A stretch of DNA of 52,759 bases, from contig JBBTXZ010000010.1 of NCBI GenBank assembly GCA_038062015.1, positions 1-52,759 on the forward strand. The letters run 5' to 3'. Positions 19,643 to 28,965 of the stretch are shown in pieces; within the stretch, counting starts at the first letter, position 1; the number at the start of each line of letters is the position of its first letter. The notes under the pieces are model-generated. The model did not search any database. It was not told the DNA's origin and was given only the letters and a program-made list of their open reading frames with translations. A program made the position numbers and the translations under genes. Origin of the DNA: Patescibacteria group bacterium. GTDB lineage: Bacteria; Patescibacteriota; Minisyncoccia; 2-02-FULL-40-12.

Positions 19643-19960
19643 ACTGTTAGAAAGTAGAAATTAGAATTTAGTAAGTAGAATACTTTTACTAATCTTTTCA
19701 CTACAAAGTTTATCAAGCTTTTATTCTATAAGTTTAGCTCTACTTATTACTTTTTAGTAGTTTATTAGCTGTGGATAAAAATAATGCCATCAAAAGTTTA
19801 ATTACGAAGTAAATTTTTACGGGGGCACCAGATATTAGAGAATTTACGGGAGATTTATGCGTTTGGGAGTATATATTGAAACAGAAAAGAAAGCCCCAAG
19901 CAGAAGTGTTCTACTTAGGGCTCGAGCTGATAACACTTTATACGTACTTTATACGATCGA

Positions 19961-20245
19961 TTAGCTACGACTCGAGAAGTGCTGGGCGAGTGGCCGAAGT
20001 CCGGAGAGGCGCTTTCCATACTTGTCCTCGATCATGGTGAGACTTCGTAGATCCTCCAGCAGTTCAAGTCGAGGATCGTTCGAGCGAGAAATGTTTGAGT
20101 TGCACATCACATACATGACGAGGCAGCGGAAGTCCTCGAGAGGAACCCGATGTCCTCCGATTCGGAGGTCTATTTCTCCGTCAGATATTGTGAATGTGTT
20201 TGCCTCGATGAGCTTCGGCTCCACCCCTTCCATTACCAAAGACAT
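19961..20245 (-). CDS. Hypothetical protein (cassette 1 cargo)
   Basis: AGGAGG RBS upstream, terminator hairpin near 19892-19922, atypical composition. Confidence 0.7.
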   Translation of the reverse strand: MSLVMEGVEPKLIEANTFTISDGEIDLRIGGHRVPLEDFRCLVMYVMCNSNISRSNDPRLELLEDLRSLTMIEDKYGKRLSGLRPLAQHFSSRS

Positions 20246-20404
20246 AGCGTGCCTCCTTTTCTCTACTACACTGCTCCCGTGAATGGGCTTGTTAAAAAGA
20301 ACTACAGAAATACCTTAGCAGATTCCTTGGTTATTGAAAAGAAAAGAGCCAATGGTGGCCGATTTGACATGTTTCTGTTACTTGAAATATAATAGAATTA
20401 ATTT

Positions 20405-20662
20405 ATGAAAACTAAAAAAATAAAAGTAGAAGTGAAAACTTTGTACGGCATATTTAATGTTGTTCTTGAACCAGAGCCGGATATGGGCGGATATATGATT
20501 ACTGTTCCAAAAAAGCCAGATGTAGTCTCTTGGGGTAAAACATTATCTCATGCCAGAAAGATGGCTAAAGAAGCCATTGAGTGTTCAATCGAAGGAGATA
20601 TCCTTATCGCCGCTGAAAAGGAAAAGGCGATAACTATTAACAGGCAGCGAATTCATGCATGA
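20405..20662 (+). CDS. hicB: HicB-family antitoxin
   Basis: EPEPD.GGY.ITVP..P.V.SWGKTL..A..MAKEAI; promoter TTGACA-18-TATAAT at 20364-20393. Confidence 0.9.
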   Translation: MKTKKIKVEVKTLYGIFNVVLEPEPDMGGYMITVPKKPDVVSWGKTLSHARKMAKEAIECSIEGDILIAAEKEKAITINRQRIHA

Positions 20663-20880
20663 GTATAGTTCCAATGCTTGCTGCCCGCGAGGTGCTTAGG
20701 AGATTGCTTCGTGCCGGTTTTCGAATAGTTTCTTCCAGGGGGAGTCATATAAAACTATATAACTCTATAACCGGCAAACGGACCGAAGTTCCGATGCACC
20801 CCGGTGATTTAGGACGTAAACTAATTTCAAAGATTCTTAAACAAGCGGGGATCTCAATTAACAAGTTTTTAAAGTTGTAA
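20659..20880 (+). CDS. hicA: HicA-family mRNase toxin
   Basis: L.RAGF....RGSHIKL....VPMH.GDL......ILKQAG. Confidence 0.92.
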   Translation: MSIVPMLAAREVLRRLLRAGFRIVSSRGSHIKLYNSITGKRTEVPMHPGDLGRKLISKILKQAGISINKFLKL

Positions 20881-20895
20881 TTTACTAAAAACCTA

Positions 20896-20942
20896 TTGGC
20901 ATCGCTTAGCAGTTCGGATACAAAAAGAAAAACAGGCGACTG
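20896..20942 (+). repeat. Relic of LSR 3' end / attP arm (copy 1)
   Basis: TTGGCA...AGTTC.GA.ACA.AAAGAAAAACAGGCGACTG, homologous to 23021-23067 and to 30529-30543. Confidence 0.75.
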
Positions 20943-20971
20943 CTTCTTTACGAAGTGCTTGCCGTGAGCAA

Positions 20972-21003
20972 GTAAAAGCCCGAACATTTGTTCGGGCTTT
21001 TAC
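20972..21003. terminator. Perfect 14-bp hairpin, bidirectional terminator-like
   Basis: GTAAAAGCCCGAAC-attt-GTTCGGGCTTTTAC. Confidence 0.7.
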
Positions 21004-21115
21004 GCGTCGAATGGTTGCAGAGGTAGGACTGAATTGAAACCAAGTGATATTAAATATAAAAGAAATCTATACATTAAGTTTTATATGAAAAGAGGGTAGT
21101 CGATGTAAGAATCGA

Positions 21116-22228
21116 CTACCCTAGGTTGGCAATCTCGATCAAGCGAGTAGAGGTTATTTCTGTAGCATTGGTTTCGGGAGCTCGCCAGTTGCGGCGCAAG
21201 AACCTGACTTTTTCTGGATTTAAAGCTTCGGCGATGACTGAAGACCAATCGCTTTTAGATCGGACCGCTAGCGCCTCTTCCGCTTGAACATCAGGCAGAT
21301 AATTCGGCGGCTTGAGGAGTAGGGATTCTTCAAACCATTGCCTGACCTTTGGCCCCATCAAGTGAATCACCAGCGGGCCACCCATCAGCCAGTTCTTGAT
21401 GTCATCGGTGGCGGTGATAGAAATGATAACATCGGAAGCAAGACAAAGTTCCTCGCCTCTTAAGTTGTCAGCTCTAATAAGTCGCACACCGTTCTGCTGG
21501 CAGAGATGCCGTAAGTCAGTGTAGATACTTTCTACATAGCCAGACTTGAGCTTATCTAGTTTCGGATGGACTCTTGGAATGAAGACAGAATGTGGAGTTT
21601 TCGATCCTAGTGACCTAATGCCTTCTGTCATCATCTCTAGGTCTTCCTCGATTACTTCCGGCATGCCTTGAGAGAACCAGAGGAATGCTTTTTCTTCCTC
21701 TTGAATCCCCAAAGCCAAGCGTTGTTCTCTTCGGACTAGATCCTTTTTGGGAATCAGTTCCAGACAAGAATCGAAAGCTGGCTGGCCAACAACTTTTACC
21801 CGATCAGGATTTAGTAACGGTCTTAAAGCACGAATCGCCTGAGCGTGGGCTTCGTTGATGGCGAACCAAAAATCCGCATTATCCTCACGCCATTTGTAGC
21901 CATGATTGAAAAAACCATCAGCTCCGAACACAACTGGCTTGATTCCAGAAAAAGCTCGGGCAAAGGCCTTCTCAACTTTATTAGCACTGGCGCAGGTGCT
22001 AATAAAAACAAGGTCGGGTGTTTCAGTCGGCAGACGGTGTAATCCCGATACTGATTCGAACTGAACTTGAAAGTTCGTTCTTGTTTCGATCAGAACTTGA
22101 AATCCCATCCCTTCTCCATCAAACACAAACTCAACTTTGTGGCCGAGGCTTTCAAGTTTCTGAGCGATCAATACCATCATCCTTGTCCCACTTAGATCCC
22201 CACAGATAAACAGGAAATTCTTATCCAA
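21116..22228 (-). CDS. GT-B-fold protein (glycosyl/glycerophosphate transferase-like), cassette 2 cargo
   Basis: VVGQPAFD and RVHPK motifs typical of GT-B sugar/phosphate transferases; AGGGGG RBS before TTG. Confidence 0.6.
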   Translation of the reverse strand: MDKNFLFICGDLSGTRMMVLIAQKLESLGHKVEFVFDGEGMGFQVLIETRTNFQVQFESVSGLHRLPTETPDLVFISTCASANKVEKAFARAFSGIKPVVFGADGFFNHGYKWREDNADFWFAINEAHAQAIRALRPLLNPDRVKVVGQPAFDSCLELIPKKDLVRREQRLALGIQEEEKAFLWFSQGMPEVIEEDLEMMTEGIRSLGSKTPHSVFIPRVHPKLDKLKSGYVESIYTDLRHLCQQNGVRLIRADNLRGEELCLASDVIISITATDDIKNWLMGGPLVIHLMGPKVRQWFEESLLLKPPNYLPDVQAEEALAVRSKSDWSSVIAEALNPEKVRFLRRNWRAPETNATEITSTRLIEIANLG

Positions 22229-22486
22229 TCAGCACCCCCTTAATGTAAAATGACTAAAAACAAAATACCGCAAAGGCGGGGTTTTTGTCAATAGAAATAT
22301 GAATCCGTGCTCCTGTCCAAAGCCTTAATGTGGTTCATTTCAGGGGTGTCTGACCAACGCGGTGGTTCAATGAATTCACCACGGGTCAGCCACCCTCCCG
22401 CTTCGCGAGGCTCGCCTAAAAGGCGGCTTTTTGTTTTTGGGAAAATACTTGTTTTCAAAATAAGTTTTTGTTATAATACGGCTAAT

Positions 22487-22753
22487 ATGCCTCAATCATT
22501 TCAAGCAACCAGAGAAATAAAAAGTGCTTATCAAAAAGCCTTAAGAAAATACCCTCCATTAGACACACTTGATCTTCTAAAACAAGAAGTAGAACTGCTT
22601 CGTTCTTTGGTGATAAGCGTTGTCGGAAAAGACAAAGAAGGAGAATACAGGCCAGAGTTCGTTAAAAGAATCTTAAAATCAGCCAGATCAAAACCGAAGT
22701 ACACATACAAAGATTCAAAAACATTTTTATCTCAACTCGGATTGCGCAAATAA
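22487..22753 (+). CDS. Putative antitoxin
   Basis: Immediately upstream of a RelE-like gene; TATAAT promoter just upstream; D.EGEYRPEFV..IL motif. Confidence 0.65.
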   Translation: MPQSFQATREIKSAYQKALRKYPPLDTLDLLKQEVELLRSLVISVVGKDKEGEYRPEFVKRILKSARSKPKYTYKDSKTFLSQLGLRK

Positions 22754-23014
22754 ATGATTGTTGTTTTCAGTGACGATTTCCTCAATTCTACTAAAGAACT
22801 TCCGTCCAAACTAAAAATAAAGTTAAACAAGCTAATTCAAATTTTGAAAGAAAACCCATTTCATCCCTCTTTGCATACAAAACATTTAAGCGGCAAGTTT
22901 TCCGGTCTGCTCTCTTTCAGAATCACTCGTGACTGGCGGGTGATTTTCAGGTTTTTTGAACCCGATGTCGTTCAGCTTCTCGAGGCAGCTGATAGAAAAG
23001 ATATTTATAAATAA
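22754..23014 (+). CDS. RelE/ParE-family toxin
   Basis: NPFHPSLHTK.L.G.....SFRIT.DWRVIF......DRKDIY. Confidence 0.9.
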   Translation: MIVVFSDDFLNSTKELPSKLKIKLNKLIQILKENPFHPSLHTKHLSGKFSGLLSFRITRDWRVIFRFFEPDVVQLLEAADRKDIYK

Positions 23015-23229
23015 ACTCTTTTGGCACCACCCAGTAGTTCAGACACAGAAAGAAAAACAGGCGACTGGCTGCCTGTTTCTCCTGCTTTGTTGCGGGGGAT
23101 GGAAGACTTCAGAACCAGTATAATGCAGTATTCGGATTATTTGAGGTTTGCGTTTGTGAGGGGGTGGTAGATTACGAATTTAAAAGGCAGAAAGTAAAAT
23201 TGAGTTATAAATTAAATTGAGATACCATT

Positions 23230-23508
23230 TTGCTAATGGTTCAAAGGGGAGTAAAGGAGCAGTCAGAACTTTATATTTATAGTATGTTTTCTTTCGGAGC
23301 AACTGCTGGTTTTATTTCAGTATGTTTATTTAGTGGCTTTGCTTTGGAATACGCTTTATTGCTAATAGGTTTGATGTGCACAAGTATGACACTTAGTTCT
23401 AAGTGGCAGAATCTTGGGGATATTACACATACAACAGTAATAAGTGTAAGCACCTTGCTTTTATTGGTTTTTGTTATATATTGTATTTTTACTAAACACG
23501 ATGAATGA
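23230..23508 (+). CDS. Small hydrophobic membrane protein
   Basis: Three hydrophobic segments; start uncertain. Confidence 0.45.
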   Translation: MLMVQRGVKEQSELYIYSMFSFGATAGFISVCLFSGFALEYALLLIGLMCTSMTLSSKWQNLGDITHTTVISVSTLLLLVFVIYCIFTKHDE

Positions 23509-24199
23509 TTTAAAAGCTAATATTACTAAAGGTATTTTTGTGGTAATTGGTGGTCTACTATTTGTGGCCGCCGGTGCTTGGATTACTGGACAAATAAGAA
23601 AAGAGGAAGTGCCACCGAAAAAAGAAATTGTTTCTTGTCCTACTGACCGTCTTTCTTATAATCTTATTAGTCAGAATCAAAACCAAGTTATTAAATTGAT
23701 TCCTGAAAGGAAACAAATGTTTGCTGAAAATGGGGAGTTTATTAATTTACAAGTTGTGATAACAAAAAGTGAAACAAAGGATTCTAAAATAGCGTGTGGC
23801 TATCTTTTTGTTCGGGTAGGCACACAAACCTATGGAGCATTACAAGACTGGGAGAATATCTACATAAATCCAAATCAGTTTGGCGGACATATCTATTCTA
23901 AAAGTGCTTTTTCTATAAATGAAGGTAAAGACTTTTCTGAATATATATATTCATTAGATAAGATTCAGTATTGGCGGAGTAGAAATGAACAGAATATCTT
24001 AAATGCTGATTGGGCTTCGCTTCTTAATGTTTCTCCCGAAATATCTTTTATAATAGCTTTGAACACTGAAGATAAGGCTGGATTTATTGATGAGCTATCT
24101 ATTGCTTATAAATGTTGGAATCCAACAACTGGAGAGGAAAATACTGGTTGTAAGTTAAACATAAAAGATTCAAGTGTTCAAAAAACACCCGAACTTTAA
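23501..24199 (+). CDS. Membrane-anchored exported hypothetical protein
   Basis: N-terminal TM, four Cys. Confidence 0.7.
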   Translation: MNDLKANITKGIFVVIGGLLFVAAGAWITGQIRKEEVPPKKEIVSCPTDRLSYNLISQNQNQVIKLIPERKQMFAENGEFINLQVVITKSETKDSKIACGYLFVRVGTQTYGALQDWENIYINPNQFGGHIYSKSAFSINEGKDFSEYIYSLDKIQYWRSRNEQNILNADWASLLNVSPEISFIIALNTEDKAGFIDELSIAYKCWNPTTGEENTGCKLNIKDSSVQKTPEL

Positions 24200-24402
24200 T
24201 GGCCAATCTTTAAAAAAATAAGGGGCTGTAATACCTCCACGCAGGCTTAATTATTTACAAATTCACATTTAGAGCCTACACACAAAAATTAGAGCCTACT
24301 TTTAGTCAACAAACCAGAGAATCAAAGCTCCGATTCCGATAACAATAAGAGAAGGCCAATCAAGGCCAAGTTCGTGAATGAATTTAGTGATTTTATTCAT
24401 AG

Positions 24403-25671
24403 CTATTGAGTCAAAGATTTCTTTTGTAGTAAGTCATTTACTGTAATTGGGACTATTTCTAATTCTCCTTCTTTATCTAATCTTTTAATTTCTTCTATGG
24501 CGTCTCCGGTAAAGCCAAAAGAAATAAAGTAGCCTCTCTTTCTTTTATCTCTACGCATAGCTGTTTCAAAGTTATCTATATCTGGTCTGCCTGCTTTATC
24601 TTTTTGTTTAACTTGAATCGGGTAATAAATATCTATATCGCCAAATAATCCTTTCTCGTCTGATTTAACTCTTTCTTGTTCTATTGGATACAACTTACCA
24701 TCAATTCCATAATCGCCGACTTTAATTCTATTTGGGATACCACCGAGAGCAATAACTGCCCAATTCTGGAATTCAAAGTGCGGCAGTTTCATTAGTTCTT
24801 CTTCTGATTTCGGTAAGTCGCTAAGAATGAAGTCCTTTCCTTCTACAAGCCTAAATCCGTCAGTTAAACGCTGTGCCATAACTCGGCAAGCTGTCGGCGA
24901 TATATCTATGCCAATCCATTTACGGCCAAGTTTTTGAGCGGCAACTAAAGTTGTGCCACAACCACAGAAAGCATCCAAAACAACATCGCCTTCTTTACTG
25001 CTAACTTTTACAATGCGCTCAAGTAGTCTGACTGGCTTTTGAGTAGGATAGCCGAGTCTTTCTTTTTCCGAAGGCATAAGAGGTTGTATATCCCAGACAT
25101 CGTCAGGATGCTTCCCTAAAGGATTTGCTTCGTATTTGTCATAAACTTTATCGCCTCTAAATGCCCGTGCTTTGTATTTCAATCTTTCTAAAGATTCTTT
25201 AGAGTAAGGAGTTCTAACTTCATCAACATTAAAAATCCAACCTTTCCCTCTGGTGTAAAAGAAAATTGAATCGTGTCTTCGGCCAAACCTCTTTTTAGAA
25301 ACACCGCCTCCTCTATACCACCAGATAATTTCATTTTGGAAGTTATTGAAATCAAAAATCTGGTCAAGCATTAGTTTCACATAATGGCTGGCGTGCCAAT
25401 CACAATGGTAATAGAAGCTACCGTTTTTCTTTAAGACACGATAAAGCTCCAAAACTCTTGGACGCATATATCGGATATATGCTTCGGCATCGCCAAATCT
25501 ATCTTCAAAGGCTCTTTTCTCTTGAATATCACCCCAGAATACTTCGTAGTTGCGATTACTATTAAAAGGCGGGTCAATATAGATTAAATCTACAGACTCA
25601 TCAGGAATTTCTTTAAGCATCTGCAGATTGTCTCCGCAGTAAATAATACTGGTTGTAAGTTGTTTTGGCAT
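24403..25671 (-). CDS. N4/N6 DNA methyltransferase (beta class) fused to Mrr-like PD-(D/E)XK endonuclease domain
   Basis: IYIDPPFN, YPTQKP, LDAFCGCGTT; C-terminal GDYGIDG..IQVKQ....GRPDIDNF. Confidence 0.88.
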   Translation of the reverse strand: MPKQLTTSIIYCGDNLQMLKEIPDESVDLIYIDPPFNSNRNYEVFWGDIQEKRAFEDRFGDAEAYIRYMRPRVLELYRVLKKNGSFYYHCDWHASHYVKLMLDQIFDFNNFQNEIIWWYRGGGVSKKRFGRRHDSIFFYTRGKGWIFNVDEVRTPYSKESLERLKYKARAFRGDKVYDKYEANPLGKHPDDVWDIQPLMPSEKERLGYPTQKPVRLLERIVKVSSKEGDVVLDAFCGCGTTLVAAQKLGRKWIGIDISPTACRVMAQRLTDGFRLVEGKDFILSDLPKSEEELMKLPHFEFQNWAVIALGGIPNRIKVGDYGIDGKLYPIEQERVKSDEKGLFGDIDIYYPIQVKQKDKAGRPDIDNFETAMRRDKRKRGYFISFGFTGDAIEEIKRLDKEGELEIVPITVNDLLQKKSLTQ

Positions 25672-25815
25672 ACCTGTAGTGGGTTTTATTTTTGCTGACG
25701 AGGGCTAAAACACAAAGCCCGCCGCCAGCGATGACTTTCGCCACCCATACACCTTTCGGCGCATGACCCACTACAGGTGCTCTGACGACGAGCTTAATAT
25801 CCTGTAGTGGGTTTT
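25672..25815 (-). ncRNA. Structured leader RNA with antisense/target triplet upstream of the methylase
   Basis: 14-bp closing stem 25715-25728/25782-25795, two GAAA-tetraloop hairpins, 13-nt segment complementary to copies at 25672-25684 and 25801-25812. Confidence 0.65.
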
Positions 25816-25975
25816 TATGCCATACCTCGCAGTTAAACCACGAGGGTTAGGCGGCTATTAAATTGTTGTTTTTAAAATACCCTACTTTTGCTAAAAAATA
25901 AAGCATCCGGCGCTTATGATAAATCTTGAAAAACAAGTAAAAATCAAGTAAAATTAAAAGAAAATTACAATTACT

Positions 25976-26695
25976 ATGGATAAATTAGCTAAAAAATACA
26001 AAGAGCTTTTTTATAGATTCTCCAGTCATTCTGATTTTGAAAAAAAAGTTGAAACCGTAAGAAACCGTTTTGGTATAGATGAAGACAATCCCGAGAAGTT
26101 TTTAATAAGAAAACTTAGCTTAAAAGAAGGAGAAGTGTGGCAAGATGCTATTTATGACATCGTTTTTGCAATTATACCGAAGTATATGGAAGCCGAAGGA
26201 GACTTTTTATTTACGGCAACAGAGACATATGTTATCGGCGGCAAAAATAGGGTTGATGATTATCTAAACGGTGATGTATTTTATTCATACGGAATGCAAT
26301 TATTTAAAAATCTGGATGCTAAACATCTATCAAAATTTGGCGATATATACAAAAAAGGATTGTTTATTTATATTTCCCCTTACACATCAAAGAGTGATTT
26401 AATCTTGGCAGTAAATAAAAAATGGCCGGAGATTAAAAATGAGCTTCAAAAGAAAAATATCAATAATAAGAATTTGAAAGGCCTACTTAGGGTTAGAAGT
26501 CATACTAAAAAAGAAAGGGATAAGATGATTTTTGATTTATATAATAAGTCTCGTGAAGAATTGGGTTTGAAAAGGGGAGAATATAAAGAAATTATAGTTT
26601 CTTTGCTTTTAAAAAAACAAGGCATAGATGTCCAGCCAGAAAATGTAAAAATGATTGTCTTAAGACAAAGAAAATTGAGAAAAGGTAACATTTAA
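25976..26695 (+). CDS. Hypothetical protein, basic C-terminus (possible DNA-binding regulator)
   Basis: 239-aa ORF; RD..IF.LY..V..IV.RQRK C-terminus. Confidence 0.7.
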   Translation: MDKLAKKYKELFYRFSSHSDFEKKVETVRNRFGIDEDNPEKFLIRKLSLKEGEVWQDAIYDIVFAIIPKYMEAEGDFLFTATETYVIGGKNRVDDYLNGDVFYSYGMQLFKNLDAKHLSKFGDIYKKGLFIYISPYTSKSDLILAVNKKWPEIKNELQKKNINNKNLKGLLRVRSHTKKERDKMIFDLYNKSREELGLKRGEYKEIIVSLLLKKQGIDVQPENVKMIVLRQRKLRKGNI

Positions 26696-26812
26696 GAAGT
26701 CTATATAAAACTATTGTCGGGATTTTTTTTGTTTCTTTACACTACAGACATAACTGTAGTTTTTTTATTTTAAGTTTAAATTTTTTAAGATACGAACGAC
26801 TAAAAAATTTCA

Positions 26813-27064
26813 ATGAAAAACATATTAAAAGAAAAAGATTTCTTTAAAACATCTGATATTTCTTTGTGTTCTGCGCTTTGTTGCTATGGCTACCAGATAG
26901 AGGAAGTGGATAAGCAGAGCCAATCTAAAGCAATTTTTCTGATTAAGAAGGACGAAAATTTAGAAGATTTAATTCAAAGATACTTTACCCATCAACTCAC
27001 GGTAGAACCGTTGAGTTTTTTTAATTATCTAAAAGAAATAAAAACAAGGATTTATAACATTTAG
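26813..27064 (+). CDS. DUF5659-like small protein
   Basis: F.TSD..L.S.L...GY.I..VDK....FL....L.VEP..FF..LK.IK.RIY pattern. Confidence 0.7.
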   Translation: MKNILKEKDFFKTSDISLCSALCCYGYQIEEVDKQSQSKAIFLIKKDENLEDLIQRYFTHQLTVEPLSFFNYLKEIKTRIYNI

Positions 27065-27253
27065 ATGTTGCCACCAAAAACAGTTAAAGAATTTAAAGAG
27101 TTATTTCGTAAATTTTACAAAATTGAACTCTCTGACGAAGAAGCGTCTTTTCGGGCAAATAATTTATTCAATCTATATGAGGCTGTTTATGGCGGACAAA
27201 AACTAAACAAAGATAATCAGAAAACCTACAAAAACCTACAATCTAAAACCTAA
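27065..27253 (+). CDS. Small hypothetical element protein
   Basis: EFK.LF...Y.IELSDEEA...A.NL.NLY; coupled to upstream ORF. Confidence 0.65.
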   Translation: MLPPKTVKEFKELFRKFYKIELSDEEASFRANNLFNLYEAVYGGQKLNKDNQKTYKNLQSKT

Positions 27254-27276
27254 CAAAACCTCACATTTCCAGAATT

Positions 27277-27504
27277 ATGAAATCAATAGAAAGACGATTT
27301 AAGAATATAACCGAAAAGAATCCTTACTGGAGTTCTTACACTTGTTTTTTTGAGGCTATAAAAGGTCAAGGTTTCGGCAAACAAGCAATTCATCGCTGGT
27401 TTAATAAACTGGTTGATAAAGATGATTATGCCAAGAATGAGAAAAAGGGGGTTCTGGCACACCTTAGGAGTTTTTCAAAACGCATTGAGGACGACAAGAA
27501 ATAG
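27277..27504 (+). CDS. Small hypothetical element protein
   Basis: 75-aa ORF in the element operon. Confidence 0.65.
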   Translation: MKSIERRFKNITEKNPYWSSYTCFFEAIKGQGFGKQAIHRWFNKLVDKDDYAKNEKKGVLAHLRSFSKRIEDDKK

Positions 27505-27559
27505 GCGATGGGTGGCTCAAGGAAGCGTCTAAACACTTCATCAATACATATTTATTATT

Positions 27560-27904
27560 ATGAAAATTAATATCCAAGAAGTTAGATTCACAATTAAAAC
27601 TGTAGAAGACGGGAAATATCCGGATTTGATGGCTTATGTATCAATAACTTTCTTTGATGATAAGCGAAGGCATTTTACCGAAAATGGTTTTAATTTAAGA
27701 AAAAGTAAATTTGAGGGCGGTAAGCCGTATCTAACAGCCCCTTCTAAGAAATCAAGCAAGGGCTATTATAAATTTAATCTGGTTGAGAAGACTCTTTGGA
27801 AAGAAATGGAAAGAGAGGTCATTGAACAGTATGAATATGAAACAATCCCGATTATTAATAAAAATAAAGACGAAGATAAAGAGCTTACTATAGAAGCATT
27901 TTAA
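27560..27904 (+). CDS. SpoVG-like nucleic-acid-binding protein (tentative)
   Basis: AYVSITF..F...GF.LRKS....YL.APS...YYKF, acidic tail. Confidence 0.5.
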   Translation: MKINIQEVRFTIKTVEDGKYPDLMAYVSITFFDDKRRHFTENGFNLRKSKFEGGKPYLTAPSKKSSKGYYKFNLVEKTLWKEMEREVIEQYEYETIPIINKNKDEDKELTIEAF

Positions 27905-28295
27905 GCAATACTACTATAGTAATTACTTTAGTTAATACTTCAGTCTATATTATTCTTCTAAGAGATGATTCTTATAAAACTAAATTAAATACTATAGTAA
28001 AAGAATATTCTGACACGATAAAAAACGATAAGAATCGTTGATAACAACGAGGAAACAGTGAAGTATCCGTTTAAATCGGTTTAAAAACGGAAGAAAAACC
28101 GGAATGATGCTACTAACAGTATGAATAACAGTATAATACCTACCCTGATATAACAGGAATTACAAGCAAGCTATGCCCCTGCTTAACAGGCAAATAACAG
28201 GGGGAACAAGGATTATAACAGGATTGTGTAGCATCCAATTAAAAATGGTGGAAAATGGTTGAACGCTTTAACCCCTACCCCGTAAGTTAAACTTA

Positions 28296-28463
28296 ATGAC
28301 AATAACAAAAAACCAGATTAAAAAGTTGGAAAAACAAGCGGAGGAATGGCAAGATGCTCACGGGGATTACCAATATATTTTTAGGAGTAAGGAGGAACTT
28401 GAAAAAGCTAAAAAAGAAGGTCGGGTAAAAAAGGATGCGAGAGTAATAATTTTGGATATATGA
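28296..28463 (+). CDS. 55-aa hypothetical protein (below ORF-track cutoff)
   Basis: Open ATG..TGA overlapping next start by ATGA. Confidence 0.55.
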   Translation: MTITKNQIKKLEKQAEEWQDAHGDYQYIFRSKEELEKAKKEGRVKKDARVIILDI

Positions 28464-28837
28464 GTGAAAAATTCTGCCAATTTATTAAGACCGATGGTGA
28501 AAAATGCGAAGCGTGGGCAATGACTAACAATGATTTTTGTTTTAGCCATAATCCAGAAATGGATGAAGCCAAAAAAGAGTCAGTAATCAGAGGAGGGCAA
28601 TCACCTAAAAAGAACTTTAATCCCTTGCCGCCGGTTAAGGTTAAAGATAGTAAAGATGTAGTAAAACTGGTGTCTCAAGTTATAAACGAGGTAAGGCAGG
28701 GAATCATTGATATTAGAGTGGCCAACTGCCTCTTTTACGGCTCTGGGATGCTTATAAAAGCCCTTGAAATTGCTGATTTAGAGGATAGAGTCGGTAAATT
28801 GGAAGAAACTTTAAACAAAAGAGATATTGGGGTATAA
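28460..28837 (+). CDS. Hypothetical protein with CCCH zinc-finger N-terminus
   Basis: CQFIK.DG.KC.A.A.....FCF.H motif followed by RGG. Confidence 0.7.
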   Translation: MSEKFCQFIKTDGEKCEAWAMTNNDFCFSHNPEMDEAKKESVIRGGQSPKKNFNPLPPVKVKDSKDVVKLVSQVINEVRQGIIDIRVANCLFYGSGMLIKALEIADLEDRVGKLEETLNKRDIGV

Positions 28838-28844
28838 TAAAGAT

Positions 28845-28956
28845 GTAGCCCGCAGTTGTAATAATTCCGTGATTTTTTATTAGTTTCTGCCCTATAAGGG
28901 GCGGCTGCCAGAAGCTAATCTTCACGGAAAAGCAACTGGGCTACCAGCCGTCCCTT
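28845..28956 (+). ncRNA. Structured (pseudoknot/switch) 5' leader of the recombinase gene
   Basis: TATAAT at 28833-38; nested stems and 12-bp loop-to-3'-tail complementarity. Confidence 0.65.
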
Positions 28957-28965
28957 TAAGTTTAT

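Noticed and set aside
5235-19778. Perfect DnaA boxes TGTGGATAA at 5235-5243 and 19770-19778 as oriC
   Set aside because: Isolated single boxes with no cluster, DUE or dnaA/dnaN; at most regulatory sites
22307-22486. N-terminal extension of ORF 22307-22753
   Set aside because: Region is palindromic repeat plus promoter; real start is likely ATG 22487
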